A stretch of 64,000 nucleotides of DNA from positions 3,508-67,507 of the forward strand of contig CAWDPL010000018.1 of the NCBI GenBank assembly GCA_963804105.1. Reading direction: 5' to 3'. The stretch is from an uncultured Alphaproteobacteria bacterium. GTDB taxonomy: Bacteria > Pseudomonadota > Alphaproteobacteria > Caulobacterales > Caulobacteraceae. The notes under the pieces are model-generated. The model searched no databases and was not told where the DNA came from. It saw only the letters and a list, made by a program, of their open reading frames with translations. A program made the position numbers and the translations under genes. Positions 27,472 to 38,974 of the stretch are shown in pieces (within the stretch, counting starts at the first letter, position 1; the number at the start of each line of letters is the position of its first letter).

Positions 27472-28233
27472 TCACTGCGGCGCGACGAGGGCGAAGAAGG
27501 CGCCTTGCGGATCGCGGCACTGAACGATCCATTGGCCGCCGGGCACCGGCATGGGCCCCTGCAGCACCTCGCCGCCGCCGGACTTCACCTTGTCCAGCGC
27601 GGCGTTAATGTCCGGGACGTTGACGTAATACCGCCAGTGCGAGACCGGCATGAACGGCGGCCGCTTCATCATGCCGCCGATGTCGACGCCATCGTGGGAG
27701 AATATCTGGTAGGGGCCCATTTCTCCCATGTCGACGGCGTGGGCTTTGCTCCAGCCGAAGTGCTTGGCGTAGAAGGCGAAGCCCGCCTCCAAGTCGGAGG
27801 TCATCAGCTCGTGCCAACCGACATGGCCGGGTGCTGCGGCCGCGAGCGGCCGCATCTCGCCCTGGCCCTTGAAGATGCAGAGCACCGCCCCCTGAGGATC
27901 GGCCACCACCGCAAAGCGGCCCACGCCGGGAATATCCTCAGGTCCTTTGCGCACCGCGCCGCCGTCCGCCTGCATGGCGGCGGCGACCGCGTCCACGTCC
28001 GACACCGCCACATAGCCGGTCCAGCACGGCGGAACGCCCATGTCGCGTGTCTCCTGCGGCAGGGTCATCAGACCGGCCACGGGCTGTTCGTCCACAGTGA
28101 ACAGCACATAGGCGTCGCCCGGCAGGCCGGAATTTTGGGCCCGCCAGCCGACCACGGCGCCGTAGAAGGCCTCCGCCGCGGCCATGTCGGTGGTCATCAG
28201 GTCGTACCAGACGAAGGCGCCTTGGGTGGTCAT
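27472..28233 (-). CDS. two-domain VOC (glyoxalase/bleomycin-resistance/dioxygenase superfamily) protein
   Basis: Internal duplication: FVWYDLMTTDMAAAEAFYGAVVGW...GRFAVVADPQGAVLCIF in the first half, and VGWHELMTSDLEAGFAFYAKHFGW...GQWIVQCRDPQGAFFALV in the second. Confidence 0.7.
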   Translation of the reverse strand: MTTQGAFVWYDLMTTDMAAAEAFYGAVVGWRAQNSGLPGDAYVLFTVDEQPVAGLMTLPQETRDMGVPPCWTGYVAVSDVDAVAAAMQADGGAVRKGPEDIPGVGRFAVVADPQGAVLCIFKGQGEMRPLAAAAPGHVGWHELMTSDLEAGFAFYAKHFGWSKAHAVDMGEMGPYQIFSHDGVDIGGMMKRPPFMPVSHWRYYVNVPDINAALDKVKSGGGEVLQGPMPVPGGQWIVQCRDPQGAFFALVAPQ

Positions 28234-28332
28234 GCCGGTTTCCTCGCGTTTGGCGCCTATGTTCCACTGTCGGATGACGCTAGTCCAGCGTCGCGACCGT
28301 CCCGTGACGACGCGCTCGGCTGCGCCTCGGAC

Positions 28333-29189
28333 TTAGCGGGTTTTCGCGTTTTCGCGCAGAGCGGCGCGCGCCGACGATGGCAGCGCCACCGCGACCAGGC
28401 TCCGCAGCCAGGGCCGACGCAAAGCCGCGCGGAACATGCGCTTGCTGACGCCGTCGCGCGCACGGCGCAGGCGGCCCAAAAGGACGTCGACCGGATGCTC
28501 CTTGAGGTAGGCCTCCTTGCCGCGCAGCCCGATCTCAGAAGTCGAACTCCGGATGCTGACGAACCGGGAAGGGCCTGACCACATAGGGCACGATGCCGTT
28601 CTCCCAGAACCGATCCAGCGTCTGGTCGATGGGTCGGCTGATCTTGCGCGCATAGGAAACCATGGTTTGGGCGGCGGGCAGACGCATCAGATAGGCGCAG
28701 CCGCCGAGCACGTGGGTGTCCAGCTGATAAAGGCCGGACTCGCCCAGGCTGCAGACCCGCCGTCCCAAATCCTGTTCGTTGCGCGGATTGAGCAGCCTGC
28801 CACGCTGGGTCTGCAGACGCACCACCGTCCATTCCGGATCGCTCTGCGCCGCCAGGGCGCCGACGGCGTCCATGAAATTCGGCTCGATGTGGATGTCGTC
28901 CTCAAGGATCAACGCCAGCGGCAGGTTCTCGCGGCAAATCCGCTCATAGATGCGGTAGTGGCTGAGGTAGCAGGCGATTTCCGAGTCGGTCATCTCCGCC
29001 CGGTAATCCAGCCGCGCCCGGCGCGAAATCATACTGGCCGCGATCGACGTCGGTGAGGGCCCTGCCATCCACCGCCGATACGAACTCCGCCTCCAACCCC
29101 AGTTCGCTCAGCAGGCCTTCCATGTGCGCGCGCCTGTCCACAGCCCTATCCAGGCTGATGACGAAGACCTTGAGAGGCGGCTGAGCCAT
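28333..29189 (-). pseudogene. glycosyltransferase family 25 (LPS/LOS core biosynthesis), 2 frameshifts (near 29060, 28540)
   Basis: MAQPPLKVFVISLDRAVDRRAHMEGLLSELGLEAEFVSAVDGRAL, then MTDSEIACYLSHYRIYERICRENLPLALILEDDIHIEPNF...GGCAYLMRLPAAQTMV, with a tail in a third frame. Confidence 0.7.
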
Positions 29190-29311
29190 GGAACCGGAGT
29201 TCCTATTGTCGTTCTGGTTGGGCCGAACCCTTGGCGACGGGACGGCGACCAACGGACGTTACGCAACGATGGCTTGATTGGCCACGCTAGGGCAAGACCC
29301 TTTATGTCGCG

Positions 29312-30270
29312 TTATGTCGCGGCGAGCGCCTTAAGGCACGCGGCCAGCACGGATTCCACCGAAAGCGCGCTCAGGTCATCAGCCTGCAGCCAGCCCATTC
29401 GCCAGCGCGGGCCGCAATGGGCCGGGTCCGACACGCGCGACATTAGCATCAGGCCCGGTGCGCCGGCGTAGGCCATGAGATGGGTCGGCCCGCTGTCGTT
29501 GCCCACGCACAGGCGGGCGGAGGTCGCCAGGGACGCCAGCTCGATCAGGCTGGTTCGGCCGGTCAGATCCACCGCGCCGGGAGCTCGGGCTGAGATGAGC
29601 GTGAACAGGGGCGATCCGCCGGACCGCCGGCCACGGCGACGTGTAGCCCCGTCGCTTCCAGCGCCTGGGCCAACTCGGCGTAGGCGGCGATCGGCCAGTA
29701 CTTGTCCGGCTTCACCGGCGAGGCGCCCGGCGCCAGGATAACAAAAGGCCGCCGCAGTCCGAACCGTTTCAGCAGGACCTCGGGCTCGCATCCGGGGATC
29801 GAGGCCGCCCAGGTCAGATCCGGAATTGGCGCCTCGCCTGGGCCGTAAGCCGGCCCTATGCCGGCCACATGCAGCTGATCGGCGATGCGGTCGAGGTTGT
29901 GCATGGCGTCCCGGTCGCGCCGGGTCTGGCGGTGGGAGGCGCCCCGCGAAATGCCCGACCATTGCGGCGGCCTGGGCAGGAAAGCGTAGAAGAACCAGCG
30001 CGAACGGCTGGAGGTCTGCAGGTCGTAGACCCGGTCATAGCGCGCGGCTCGCAGGCGTGCGAACAGCTTGAGGGTCTGTCCGAGCCCCTTGGGCCTTCCG
30101 TCGGTGTCGACCCGATCGAACAGGCCGCTGGCCTGCGCCAGCTCGGCATAGGGCGGGGTGGTCAGCAGGGTGATCTGCGCGTCGGCGTGGGCGTCGCGGA
30201 TCGCGCGGAAGGCGGCGAACGCCTGAACGAAATCGCCGAGGGCTCCAAGCTTGATGACCAACACGCGCAT
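29312..30270 (-). pseudogene. glycosyltransferase family 9 (LPS heptosyltransferase-like), frameshift near 29620
   Basis: MRVLVIKLGALGDFVQAFAAFRAIRDAHADAQITLLT...FVILAPGASPVKPDKYWP, then DLTGRTSLIELASLATSARLCVGNDSGPTHLMAYAGAPGLML. Confidence 0.7.
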
Positions 30271-30436
30271 GCGGGGCTCTTTCCTCCCTTGCCACCGGTT
30301 TATTGCCAGGCGCGCGTCCTGGACAGGCAAATCGGCGACAAGGGCGGCAATCGGGTCCACGGGCCTTGTGGCGGGGCCCGCGGCGCCGCTAGCTGTTCCG
30401 GAGTAAATTGTTCGAACTCGACCCGAGGAGCCCGCC

Positions 30437-33400
30437 CTGTCGGTCATCGCCGCCCTCCATCACGTGACGCGCTATCGCTACGACCGGCTGGTCGAGCTGG
30501 GGCCGCAGGTCATTCGCCTCAGGCCGGCGCCGCACTGCCGCACGCGCATCCCCAGCTATTCGCTGACGGTCGAACCGGGCAACCACTTCATCAACTGGCA
30601 GCAGGATCCGCACGGCAACTGGCTGGCGCGGCTGGTGTTCCCTGAGCGGACCACCGAATTCTGCGTGACGGTGGACCTCACCGCCGAGATGACGGTGATC
30701 AATCCCTTCGACTTTTTCGTGGAGCCCTACGCCGAGGTCCTGCCCTTCGCCTATCCGGACGACCTGAAGGAGGACCTGGCCGCCTACATGGGCGTGGACG
30801 ACGACGGGCCGCTGCTGCGCGGCGCCGTCGACCGGCCTGGCGCCCGCCGGCGAGCGCACCGTGGATTTCCTTGTGGAGCTCAACGCCGCCGTCCAGCGCA
30901 ATGTCCGCTATCTGGTGCGCATGGAGCCGGGGGTGCAGACGCCCGATGAGACCTTGACCCTGAATTCCGGGTCTTGCCGCGACAGCGCCTGGCTGCTGGT
31001 GCAGATGATGCGCAGGCTTGGTCTGGCCGCCCGCTTCGTGTCCGGCTACCTGATCCAGCTGCGCGCCGATATCGACCCCGTCGAAGGTCCTCTGGGAACG
31101 CGCACCGACTTCACCGATCTGCACGCCTGGGCCGAGGTCTATCTGCCGGGCGCGGGCTGGATCGGATTCGACGCCACCTCGGGCCTTCTGTGCGGGGAGG
31201 GCCACATCCCGCTGTCGGCCTCGCCCCACTATCGCTCGGCCGCGCCCATCACCGGCGTGGCGTCCGTAGCCAAGACCGACTTCGAATTCGAGATGACGGT
31301 GCAGCGGCTGATCGAGCCGATCCGCATCACCCGCCCGTTCGAGGAAGAGGGCTGGGCGGCGCTGGACGCCCTGGGCCGCGCCGTTGAGGCTGAGCTTGTG
31401 GCGCAGGACGTGCGCCTGACCATGGGCGGGGAGCCGACCTTCGTCTCCATCGACGACTTCCAGGCGCCGGAGTGGAACACGGACGCCTCAGGTCCGACCA
31501 AGCCGGTGCTGGCGCGCGAACTCCTGGCCAGGCTGCAGGACGCGCTTCGGCAAGGGCGGTTTGCTGCACTTCGGCCAGGGCAAGTGGTATCCGGGCGAGC
31601 CCCTGCCGCGCTGGGCGCTGGGTCTGTTCTGGCGCAAGGACGGCAAGCCGGTCTGGCGCGGCGCGGTCGGTGACAAGACGGACAAGAGGGCCACTGTCAA
31701 GGACGCCAGGGTGCTGGCTGAAAGGTTTGCGGCGCGCCTGGGCCTGGACCCTGCGCACATCCTGCCCGCGCGCGAAGACCCGCTGCATTGGATCAAGGCC
31801 GAGGCCGACCTGCCGCCGGACATAACGCTGAGCGACGAAGCTCTGGACGACGAGGTCGAACGCAAGGGCTTGGCCAAGGCCATGACCGGAGGGCTTTCGA
31901 GGCCGGTGGGCTATGTCCTGCCGATCCGGCGCGCCCTGACCAAGGCCGAGGGCTCAGGTTGGGTCAGCGAGGCTTGGCGATTCCGCCGGGAAAGCCTGTT
32001 CCTGCTGCCGGGCGATTCCCCCGTCGGCCTAAGGCTGCCCCTGGCCAGCCTGCCCGAGGTGGCGCCCAAGGACTATCCCTTCATCACGCCGGTCGACCCC
32101 TATGAGGAGCGCGGCCCCCTGCCGAGCTTCGACGAGGCGTTCGGGGCCGATGCGGAAATGGAGCCCGCCAAGCCAAAGAAGACAAAGCCCGCCATCGTGC
32201 GCACGGCCCTGACCTTCGAGGTCCGCCAGGGCGTGCTCTTCGTCTTCATGCCGCCGGTGGCGCGCTTGGAAGATTATCTGGAACTGGTGGCGCATCTTGA
32301 GGCGGCCGGCGAGGGCCTACCCATCCGACTGGAGGGCTATACGCCGCCGGACGATGTGCGCATGGGCGTGCTGAAGGTCACGCCCGACCCCGGCGTGATC
32401 GAGGTCAATGTCCAGCCCGCGGCCAACTGGGACGAGGCCGTGGCCATCACCACCGGCCTTTATGACGACGCGCGCGCCTGCCGGCTGGGCGCGGACAAGT
32501 TCATGATCGACGGGCGCCATACCGGCACCGGCGGCGGCGCCCATGTGGTGCTGGGCGGCGAGAGCCCGGCCAATTCGCCGTTCCTGCGCCGACCTGACGT
32601 GCTCAAGAGCCTGCTGCTGTACTGGCAGCGCCATCCGTCCTTGTCCTACCTGTTCTCGGGCCTGTTCGTGGGGCCGACGAGCCAGGCCCCGCGGGTTGAC
32701 GAGGCGCGGCACGACAGCCTGTATGAGCTGGACATCGCGCTCGGCATGATCCCGCCGCCCGGCGAGGGCGAAGCGCCGGCCCCTTGGCTGGTGGACCGCC
32801 TTCTGCGCAACCTGCTGACCGACGTGGCGGGCAACACCCACCGCACCGAAATCTGCATCGACAAGCTCTATTCCCCTGACGGACCGACCGGGCGGCTGGG
32901 CCTTCTGGAATTCCGCGGCTTCGAGATGCCGCCGGACGCGCGCATGAACCTGGCCCAGCAGCTGCTGATCCGCGCCCTGGTGGCCTGGTTCTGGAAGACG
33001 CCGCAGACCGGCAAGCTGGTGCGTTGGGGCACGGCCCTGCACGACCGCTTCATGCTGCCCCATTTCGTATGGGCGGACTTCCTGGACGTGCTGGGCGAGC
33101 TGAAGGCCGCGGGCTACCCGTTCGATCCGCATTGGTACGAGGCCCAGCGCGCCTTCCGCTTCCCCGTACACGGCGAGGTGCACTACGGCGGCGTGACGCT
33201 GGAGCTTCGCCACGCCCTGGAGCCTTGGCATGTGATGGGCGAGGAAAGCACGGCCGGCGGATCGGTGCGTTTCGTCGATTCCTCGGTGGAGCGGCTGCAG
33301 GTGATGGTCAGCGGCTACAACGCCGAGCGGCACATCATCGCGTGCAACGGCCGCCCCTTGCCCATGACCTCAACCGGCGTGTCGATGCAGGCGGTGGCGG

Positions 33401-33708
33401 GGGTGCGCTTCAAGGCATGGAAGCTGCCCAGCGGCCTTCATCCGACCCTTCCGGTGGACAGCCCTCTGACCTTCGATGTGATCGACAGCTGGAACAATCG
33501 CTCGCTGGGCGGGTGCGTTTATCACGTCGCCCATCCCGGCGGGCGCAGTTATGATACCTTTCCGGTCAATTCCTATGAGGCGCAGGCGCGTCGCAAGGCG
33601 AGGTTCCAAGAGCATGGGCACAGCCCGGGCGTCGTCATTCCCCCGCCGCTGGAACCGCGCGGAGAATTCGCTGTGACGCTGGATTTGAGGACGAGCCTTG
33701 GCCGCTGA
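30437..33708 (+). pseudogene. large transglutaminase-like protein fused to a DUF2126 (putative amidoligase) region, at least 2 frameshifts (near 30840, 31550); start uncertain
   Basis: [33 protein letters not shown] is a Bact_transglu_N-type N-terminus. The transglutaminase core has [57 protein letters not shown] long C-terminal region follows: [24 protein letters not shown]...[19 protein letters not shown]...EFRGFEMPP. Confidence 0.75.
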
Positions 33709-36233
33709 CACCGCCAGCGCCGCCCGTCGGCGGGAAGACCTCAATCCCCAGGCGGCCGAGCGCCTGTCCGGCTGGCTGCGCGATTATCGGCCCTTCGCCG
33801 GCATTCCCGACGAGTTGATCGATTCGAGTGGCCGGCCGCGCGACTATTGGCTGAACTTCCTGGGCGACTTCGCCGAATATCCCGAAAGCGAGTTCAAGAG
33901 CCGCTTCAGCCTGTCCACACGGCACATCCGCGACACGGGCGTGTCCTATCGCATCTACGGCGAGGAGAACGAGCGAACCTGGCCGCTGAATCCCTTGCCT
34001 CTGATCCTCGGCGAGGAGGAATGGGCCCAGATCGCCGAGGGCGTGGAGCAAAGAGCGCGCCTAATGGAGGCCCTGCTGCAGGACCTCTACGGCGAGGCCA
34101 AGCTGCTCAGCGAGGGCGCCCTGCCCGCCGCGGCGGTGACCGGCAGCCCCGATTTCATCCGCACCTTGCGCGGGGTGAGCCCCCCCGGCGGACGCTTTCT
34201 GCAGCTCTACGCCGCCGATTTGGGGCGCGGGCCGGACGGTCGATGGTGGGTGCTGGACGACCGCACCCAGGCCCCCTCCGGCGCCGGCTACGCCCTGGAA
34301 AACCGGCTGGTGCTCTCGCGCGCCTATCCCAATCTTTACAATCACGCCAATGTCCAGCGCCTGGCGGGGTTTTTCGACAGGCTGCGCCGGGGTCTGGCGG
34401 CGAGCGCCACGCGCAACGAACCGCGCATCTGCCTTCTGACTCCGGGCCCGTACAGCGAAACCTATTTCGAACAGGCTCACCTGGCCCGCTATCTCGGCTT
34501 CCTCTTGGTGGAGGGCGATGATCTGGTGGTGCGCGACGGGCGGGTCTATGTGCGCACCATCGCCGGGCTCAAGCGCGCCGACGTCATCCTGCGCCGGGTA
34601 GACGCCGACTTCATCGACCCCCTGGAGTTGAATGGCGCGTCCCAACTGGGCGTCCCGGGAATCCTGGAAGCCATCCGCGGCGGCGGGGTCGCCGTGCTCA
34701 ACATGCCCGGCTCCGGAATTCTTGGAATCGCGCGCCCTGCTCGGGTTCCTGCCCAAGCTCTGCCGCCGGCTGTTGGGCGAGGAGCTGAAGACGCCCAATG
34801 TCGCCACCTGGTGGTGCGGCCAGCCGGTGGAGCGGGCGCTGGTGGAGCGCGACCTGGACAATGTGGCCATAGCCGCTGCGTTCAACACCCAGGGCGCGGG
34901 CGGGGCCTTCGCCAAGCCGCGCGTATTGGCGGACCTGACGCCCCGCGCGCGGGAGTCCTTCCTGCAACGCTTTCAGGACCGACCGGGCGACTTCGTGGGC
35001 CAGGAAGTGGTGCGCCTGTCGACCACGCCGGTGCTGCGTGACGACAAGCTGGAGCCGGCGCCCTTCGTGCTGCGGGTCTACGCCGCCTGGACCCCGGACG
35101 GATTCTGCATCATGCCGGGCGGCTTCTGCCGCACCTCCGACCGGCCGGACGTGCGAGCCATCTCCATGGGCGAGGGCGCGCGCACCGCCGATGTCTGGGT
35201 CATCTCCAAGTCGCCGGTCGAGCCGGTCACGCTGCTGGCCACGCGCGACGAGGTGAAGGTTCAACGGATCACCGGGCATCTTCCCAGTCGGGCCGCCGAC
35301 AATCTGTTCTGGCTGGGCCGCTATCTGGAGCGCGCGGAGGCGACCTTGCGCCTGGTGCGCAGCCTATGCACCAGCCTGATGGACTCCGAGGCCGCCGTGC
35401 ATACCGCGGGCGAGACCCTGGCCCGGCTGCAGCAGCTCCTGATCGCCTGGGGCGCCCTGGAGAAGGAGGCGCTGGGGGGTAAGGCGCTGGACGCGGCGCG
35501 CGCCGCGCTGCGCGACGAGGACGCCATCGGTTCGGTCATTCACCTGGTGCACAAGGCCCGGCGCACCGCCGCCAGCGTGCGCGAACGCCTGTCGGCGGAT
35601 TTCTGGACCCTGCTGCTCAATCTGGAGAGCCGGCTCGAGAGCGCCGCGCCGGACATGCTGTCGGAAGCGGACGTGCTGCAGCAGGTTGAAAGCGCCCTGC
35701 AGATCCTGGCCGCCCTGTCGGGTCTGGCGCAGGAGAACATGAACCGCGTGGCCGGCTGGCGTTTCATGGACATGGGCCGGCGCATCGAACGGGGCATCAA
35801 CATCTGCCGCTTCACCCGCACCCTGGCCAGCGGCACGGCCACCATCGACGATCTGGACCTGCTGCTAGACCTAGCGGACAGCCAGATCACCTACCGCGCC
35901 CGCTATCTAGTGGGACTGGCTCTGACGCCGGTGCGCGACATGGTCATGCTGGACCCGTTCAACACCCGCTCCCTGGCCTTCCAGCTGGAGGCGCTCAAGC
36001 AGCATCTGCAGGCGCTGCCCGCCTTGAGGGAAGACGGCATGCTTGAAGAGCCGCAGAAGATCCTGCTGACCGTCGCCGCCGAGATCGAAACCGAGGAGGC
36101 CTCCGACTTGGACGGCCCCAAGATGCTGGGCTTCGAACAGGCCCTGATGCGCCTGTCCTCCGCCGTGGCCGACCGTTATTTCCTGCAGGGAGCCAACGCC
36201 GTTCCGACGGTCAAGCTCGTCGGCCTGGCGTGA
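33698..36233 (+). pseudogene. circularly permuted ATP-grasp (type 2) fused to an alpha-E domain, one frameshift near 34720
   Basis: SYRIYGEENERTWPLNPLPLILGEEEW...LYAADLGRGPDGRWWVLDDRTQAPSGAGYALENR...LLTPGPYSETYFEQAHLARYLGFLLVEGDDLVVRDGRVYVRT...GVAVLNMPGSGIL, then ESRALLGFLP...NVATWWCG. The alpha-E part is LPSRAADNLFWLGRYLERAE...NRVAGWRFMDMGRRIERG. The TTG start overlaps the upstream stop. Confidence 0.75.
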
Positions 36234-37126
36234 TCTACGATCTGCGGCATAAGACGACCTATACCTACGGCGCGCCGGTATCCTATGCGCGTTGCGTGCT
36301 GCGCCTGACGCCGCGGAGCTCGCCCTGGCAGACCGTTCTGTCCAACGCCATCACGATCACGCCCAAGCCGGCCAGCCTGCTGGAGCGGACCGGCGCCTTC
36401 GGCGAGTCGATACGCACGATGGTGGTGGACCAGCCCCACCGCGCCCTGATCATCGAAGCCAAGTCCCGCGTGGACGTCCACGCCCGGCTGATCGACGTGG
36501 GCGCGCCGAGCGACCCATGGGAAAGCGTGCGGGAGCAGGCATTCGAGACGGAGGCCCTGGGACCTGACGGACCGGCTTCGTTTGTCTTTCCGACGGCGCG
36601 CACGCCGGTGACCGCGAGCCTCACCGACTACGCCCGGCAAAGCTTCACGGCGGGCCGCCCGATCGTCCAGGCCGCGGCCGAGCTGATGCGGCGCATGCGC
36701 GACGACTTCATCTACGATCAGGAGGCGACGGACGTTTCCACCCCGGCGGTCGAAGCGTTCGAGGCCCGGCGCGGCGTGTGCCAGGATTTCGTGCACATCA
36801 TGCTCAGCGGCCTGAGAGGACTGGGCCTGCCGGCCGCCTATGTCAGCGGCTATCTGCGCACCCTGCCTCCGCCCGGCCGCGCGCGGCTGGAAGGCGCGGA
36901 CGCAACCCACGCCTGGGTGTCCCTGTGGTGTGGTCCGGACCGGGGCTGGATCGGCATCGATCCCACCAACGCCATTTTCGCGGAAAATGACCACATCGTT
37001 CTGGCTATCGGCCGGGACTACGCCGACATCGCCCCGATCGACGGCGTCATCCTGGCGCCGCGCGGCCAGACCCTGAAGGTGGAAGTGGACGTAATCCCCG
37101 CCGACGAGGAAGGCCGGCTCCTCTAA
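36230..37126 (+). CDS. transglutaminase-like cysteine peptidase family protein (Bact_transglu_N plus core)
   Basis: MIYDLRHKTTYTYGAPVSYARCVLRLTPR...RRGVCQDFVHIMLSGLRGLGLPAAYVSGYL...ATHAWVSLWCGPDRGWIGIDPTN, giving a Cys-His-Asp triad. The GTG start overlaps the upstream stop (GTGA). Confidence 0.8.
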   Translation: MIYDLRHKTTYTYGAPVSYARCVLRLTPRSSPWQTVLSNAITITPKPASLLERTGAFGESIRTMVVDQPHRALIIEAKSRVDVHARLIDVGAPSDPWESVREQAFETEALGPDGPASFVFPTARTPVTASLTDYARQSFTAGRPIVQAAAELMRRMRDDFIYDQEATDVSTPAVEAFEARRGVCQDFVHIMLSGLRGLGLPAAYVSGYLRTLPPPGRARLEGADATHAWVSLWCGPDRGWIGIDPTNAIFAENDHIVLAIGRDYADIAPIDGVILAPRGQTLKVEVDVIPADEEGRLL

Positions 37127-37235
37127 AGCCCAGAGAGGGACCCAAACTGGGTAATGGAGTAGTCCAGAGCCCTTGTTTTGTCCGCCCCCCAATGTTTCTT
37201 CAGGTAAAGGCATTCAGCCTTTTGGACTGATCGAA

Positions 37236-37688
37236 ATGGGTGAACAGATTTCGCAGAACCTGATTGAGTTGAGCGTCGATATCGCGGTGTCCTACCTCGC
37301 CGCCCATCGCGTTCCGATCGAACAGGTCCCTGACCTCTTATCCTCAATCTTTCAAGGCGTTGAGGCGGCCGCGTCAGATTCGGCGCCTGAGCCTGTCGCC
37401 AAACAGGAGCCGGCGGTTCCCATCAAGAAGTCCGTCACACGCGATTACATCATCTGCCTGGAGGACGGGCGGAAGTACAAGTCGATCAAGCGCCATATCC
37501 TCAACGCCTACGGCCTGACGCCGTCGGACTATCGAGCCAAATGGGGCCTGCCCGGCGATTATCCGATGGTGGCGCCGGGCTATTCAGAGATGCGCTCGGC
37601 CCTGGCCAAGGAACTGGGCCTGGGCTTCGATCGCCCGCCGAACGCGAAGCGGGCGGTGGGGCGACGCGGCAAGAGGCAAAAAGTCTAG
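37236..37688 (+). CDS. mucR: MucR/Ros family zinc-finger transcriptional regulator
   Basis: LSVDIAVSYLAAHRVPIEQVPDLLSSIF...KKSVTRDYIICLEDGRKYKSIKRHILNAYGLTPSDYRAKWGLPGDYPMVAPGYSEMRSALAKELGLG. Confidence 0.9.
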   Translation: MGEQISQNLIELSVDIAVSYLAAHRVPIEQVPDLLSSIFQGVEAAASDSAPEPVAKQEPAVPIKKSVTRDYIICLEDGRKYKSIKRHILNAYGLTPSDYRAKWGLPGDYPMVAPGYSEMRSALAKELGLGFDRPPNAKRAVGRRGKRQKV

Positions 37689-38161
37689 CTCGCGGCGTCA
37701 AATCTCAAAACGTCTTCCTCGGCGTCGAACACGCCTAGCCTGAACAGCGCTTCGATCATCTGATGCGCGTCGGCGAGGGCCCGGCGCAGCACGGCGGGAT
37801 CCTGCTCGGACAGCATCTTGCCAGGCGCGGCGGCTACGCCTTTGCGTCCGTGGTCTTGGATCAATCCGGCCTCGGCCAACTCCGCGCATTTGCGCCGCAC
37901 CGTTTCGCGCGCGAGCCCGGTCGACTGGGCGATCGCCAGCCGGGAGACGGTTCTGGAACCGCTCTCGGCGTCGGGCCGCAGCGGCTCGGCCGGCCGTCCG
38001 GTGGACAGGCAGACGGTCACGAACACCATGGCCGCGGCCGGCTCCAGTCCATAGACGTCGGCCAGCAGCCGCCATGTGCGCATGTGGAAGTTCTCCAGCG
38101 CAAAGATCGTTGCGTGGGGTTTGGCGAAGAATTGCGACTTCGAACGGATCAGGTGGCTCAT
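37685..38161 (-). CDS. winged-helix/HTH DNA-binding protein, family not recognised
   Basis: The HTH-like segment is VSRLAIAQSTGLARETVRRKCAELAEAGLI. Its ATG overlaps the stop of the upstream hypothetical gene (ATGA at 38158-38161). Confidence 0.45.
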   Translation of the reverse strand: MSHLIRSKSQFFAKPHATIFALENFHMRTWRLLADVYGLEPAAAMVFVTVCLSTGRPAEPLRPDAESGSRTVSRLAIAQSTGLARETVRRKCAELAEAGLIQDHGRKGVAAAPGKMLSEQDPAVLRRALADAHQMIEALFRLGVFDAEEDVLRFDAAS

Positions 38162-38807
38162 GCCGGCCCTCGCGCTCCGCCGCGCGCAGCCCAGTCCCGC
38201 GCCTGATGCATGAACCGCGCCCGCGCATCCGGATCGGCGACGGCGTCGAAGCCGCCGCTCACCCAGTTCGACAAGGCCTGCGCCGCTCCCGCGCCCGCCG
38301 CGCGAACTCGCCGCGCCAGCAGGGCGCCGAAGAGTGGATGCGCAGGGCACCACTCAACGGATCGCGCAGTCCGTCCAGTTCGGCGGCCAGTTCATCGGGC
38401 ACATAGACGATCTGATCGGCCAGCAGGGCGCCGAGGCGTTCGAGGCGCGGCGCGGCGTCTGCGGCGGGCCGCGCATGTCCGGGGCCATATCCGCGCGCGG
38501 CGGCGAAGCGGAACTGCAAGGTTTCCTTGAACCGCAGCCGCCCCTCCTGGTCCACCACGGCGACGGCGTAGGCGGGCTGCAGCCCCAGCAAGGTGGTGGA
38601 GGCCAGAAACAGGCAGGTTTCGCCCCCGTCCCGCCGCGCGTCGGCGTCATTGGCGTGCGTGAAATCGGGCTCCAGCAGAGACCGCCCGATGGCCCGGCTC
38701 AGACTTGCGTCTTCGCGCCAACGAAGAGTGACGGGCAGATTCGGCGCCGCGTGGGCCTGGCCCAAGCCGAACCGAACCGTTGTGCGCGCCGCGCTCCCGC
38801 CGTTCAT
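38158..38807 (-). pseudogene. hypothetical protein, one frameshift near 38330
   Basis: MNGGSAARTTVRFGLGQ...LFLASTTLLGLQPAYAVAVVDQEGRLRFKETLQFRF...LLADQIVYVPDELAAELDGLRDPL, then one frame over LFGALLARRVRAAGAGAAQALSNWVSGGFDAVADPDARARFMHQARDW...*. I recognise no motif. Confidence 0.35.
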
Positions 38808-38974
38808 GGCCGTTCCCCGTTAAAGCTTCCGGCGGCGATAGGGTTAGCGGATTCCGGCGAGGCCTATTGTCAACCATTGTAAAGCCGTTGATTGAGAAGC
38901 GTCGCGCAGTAGCGGACAGGGCCGCAAGACGGCAGGGAGCGTCGCGTCCTTCAGACGCCGGGAGTATCAAGGGC

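Noticed and set aside
29302-29321. A 10-bp tandem duplication, ttatgtcgcg ttatgtcgcg, at the stop codon of the GT9 gene.
   Set aside because: It is only two copies and sits outside or at the very end of the coding sequence. It does not change the protein and looks like a trivial slippage event or an assembly stutter.
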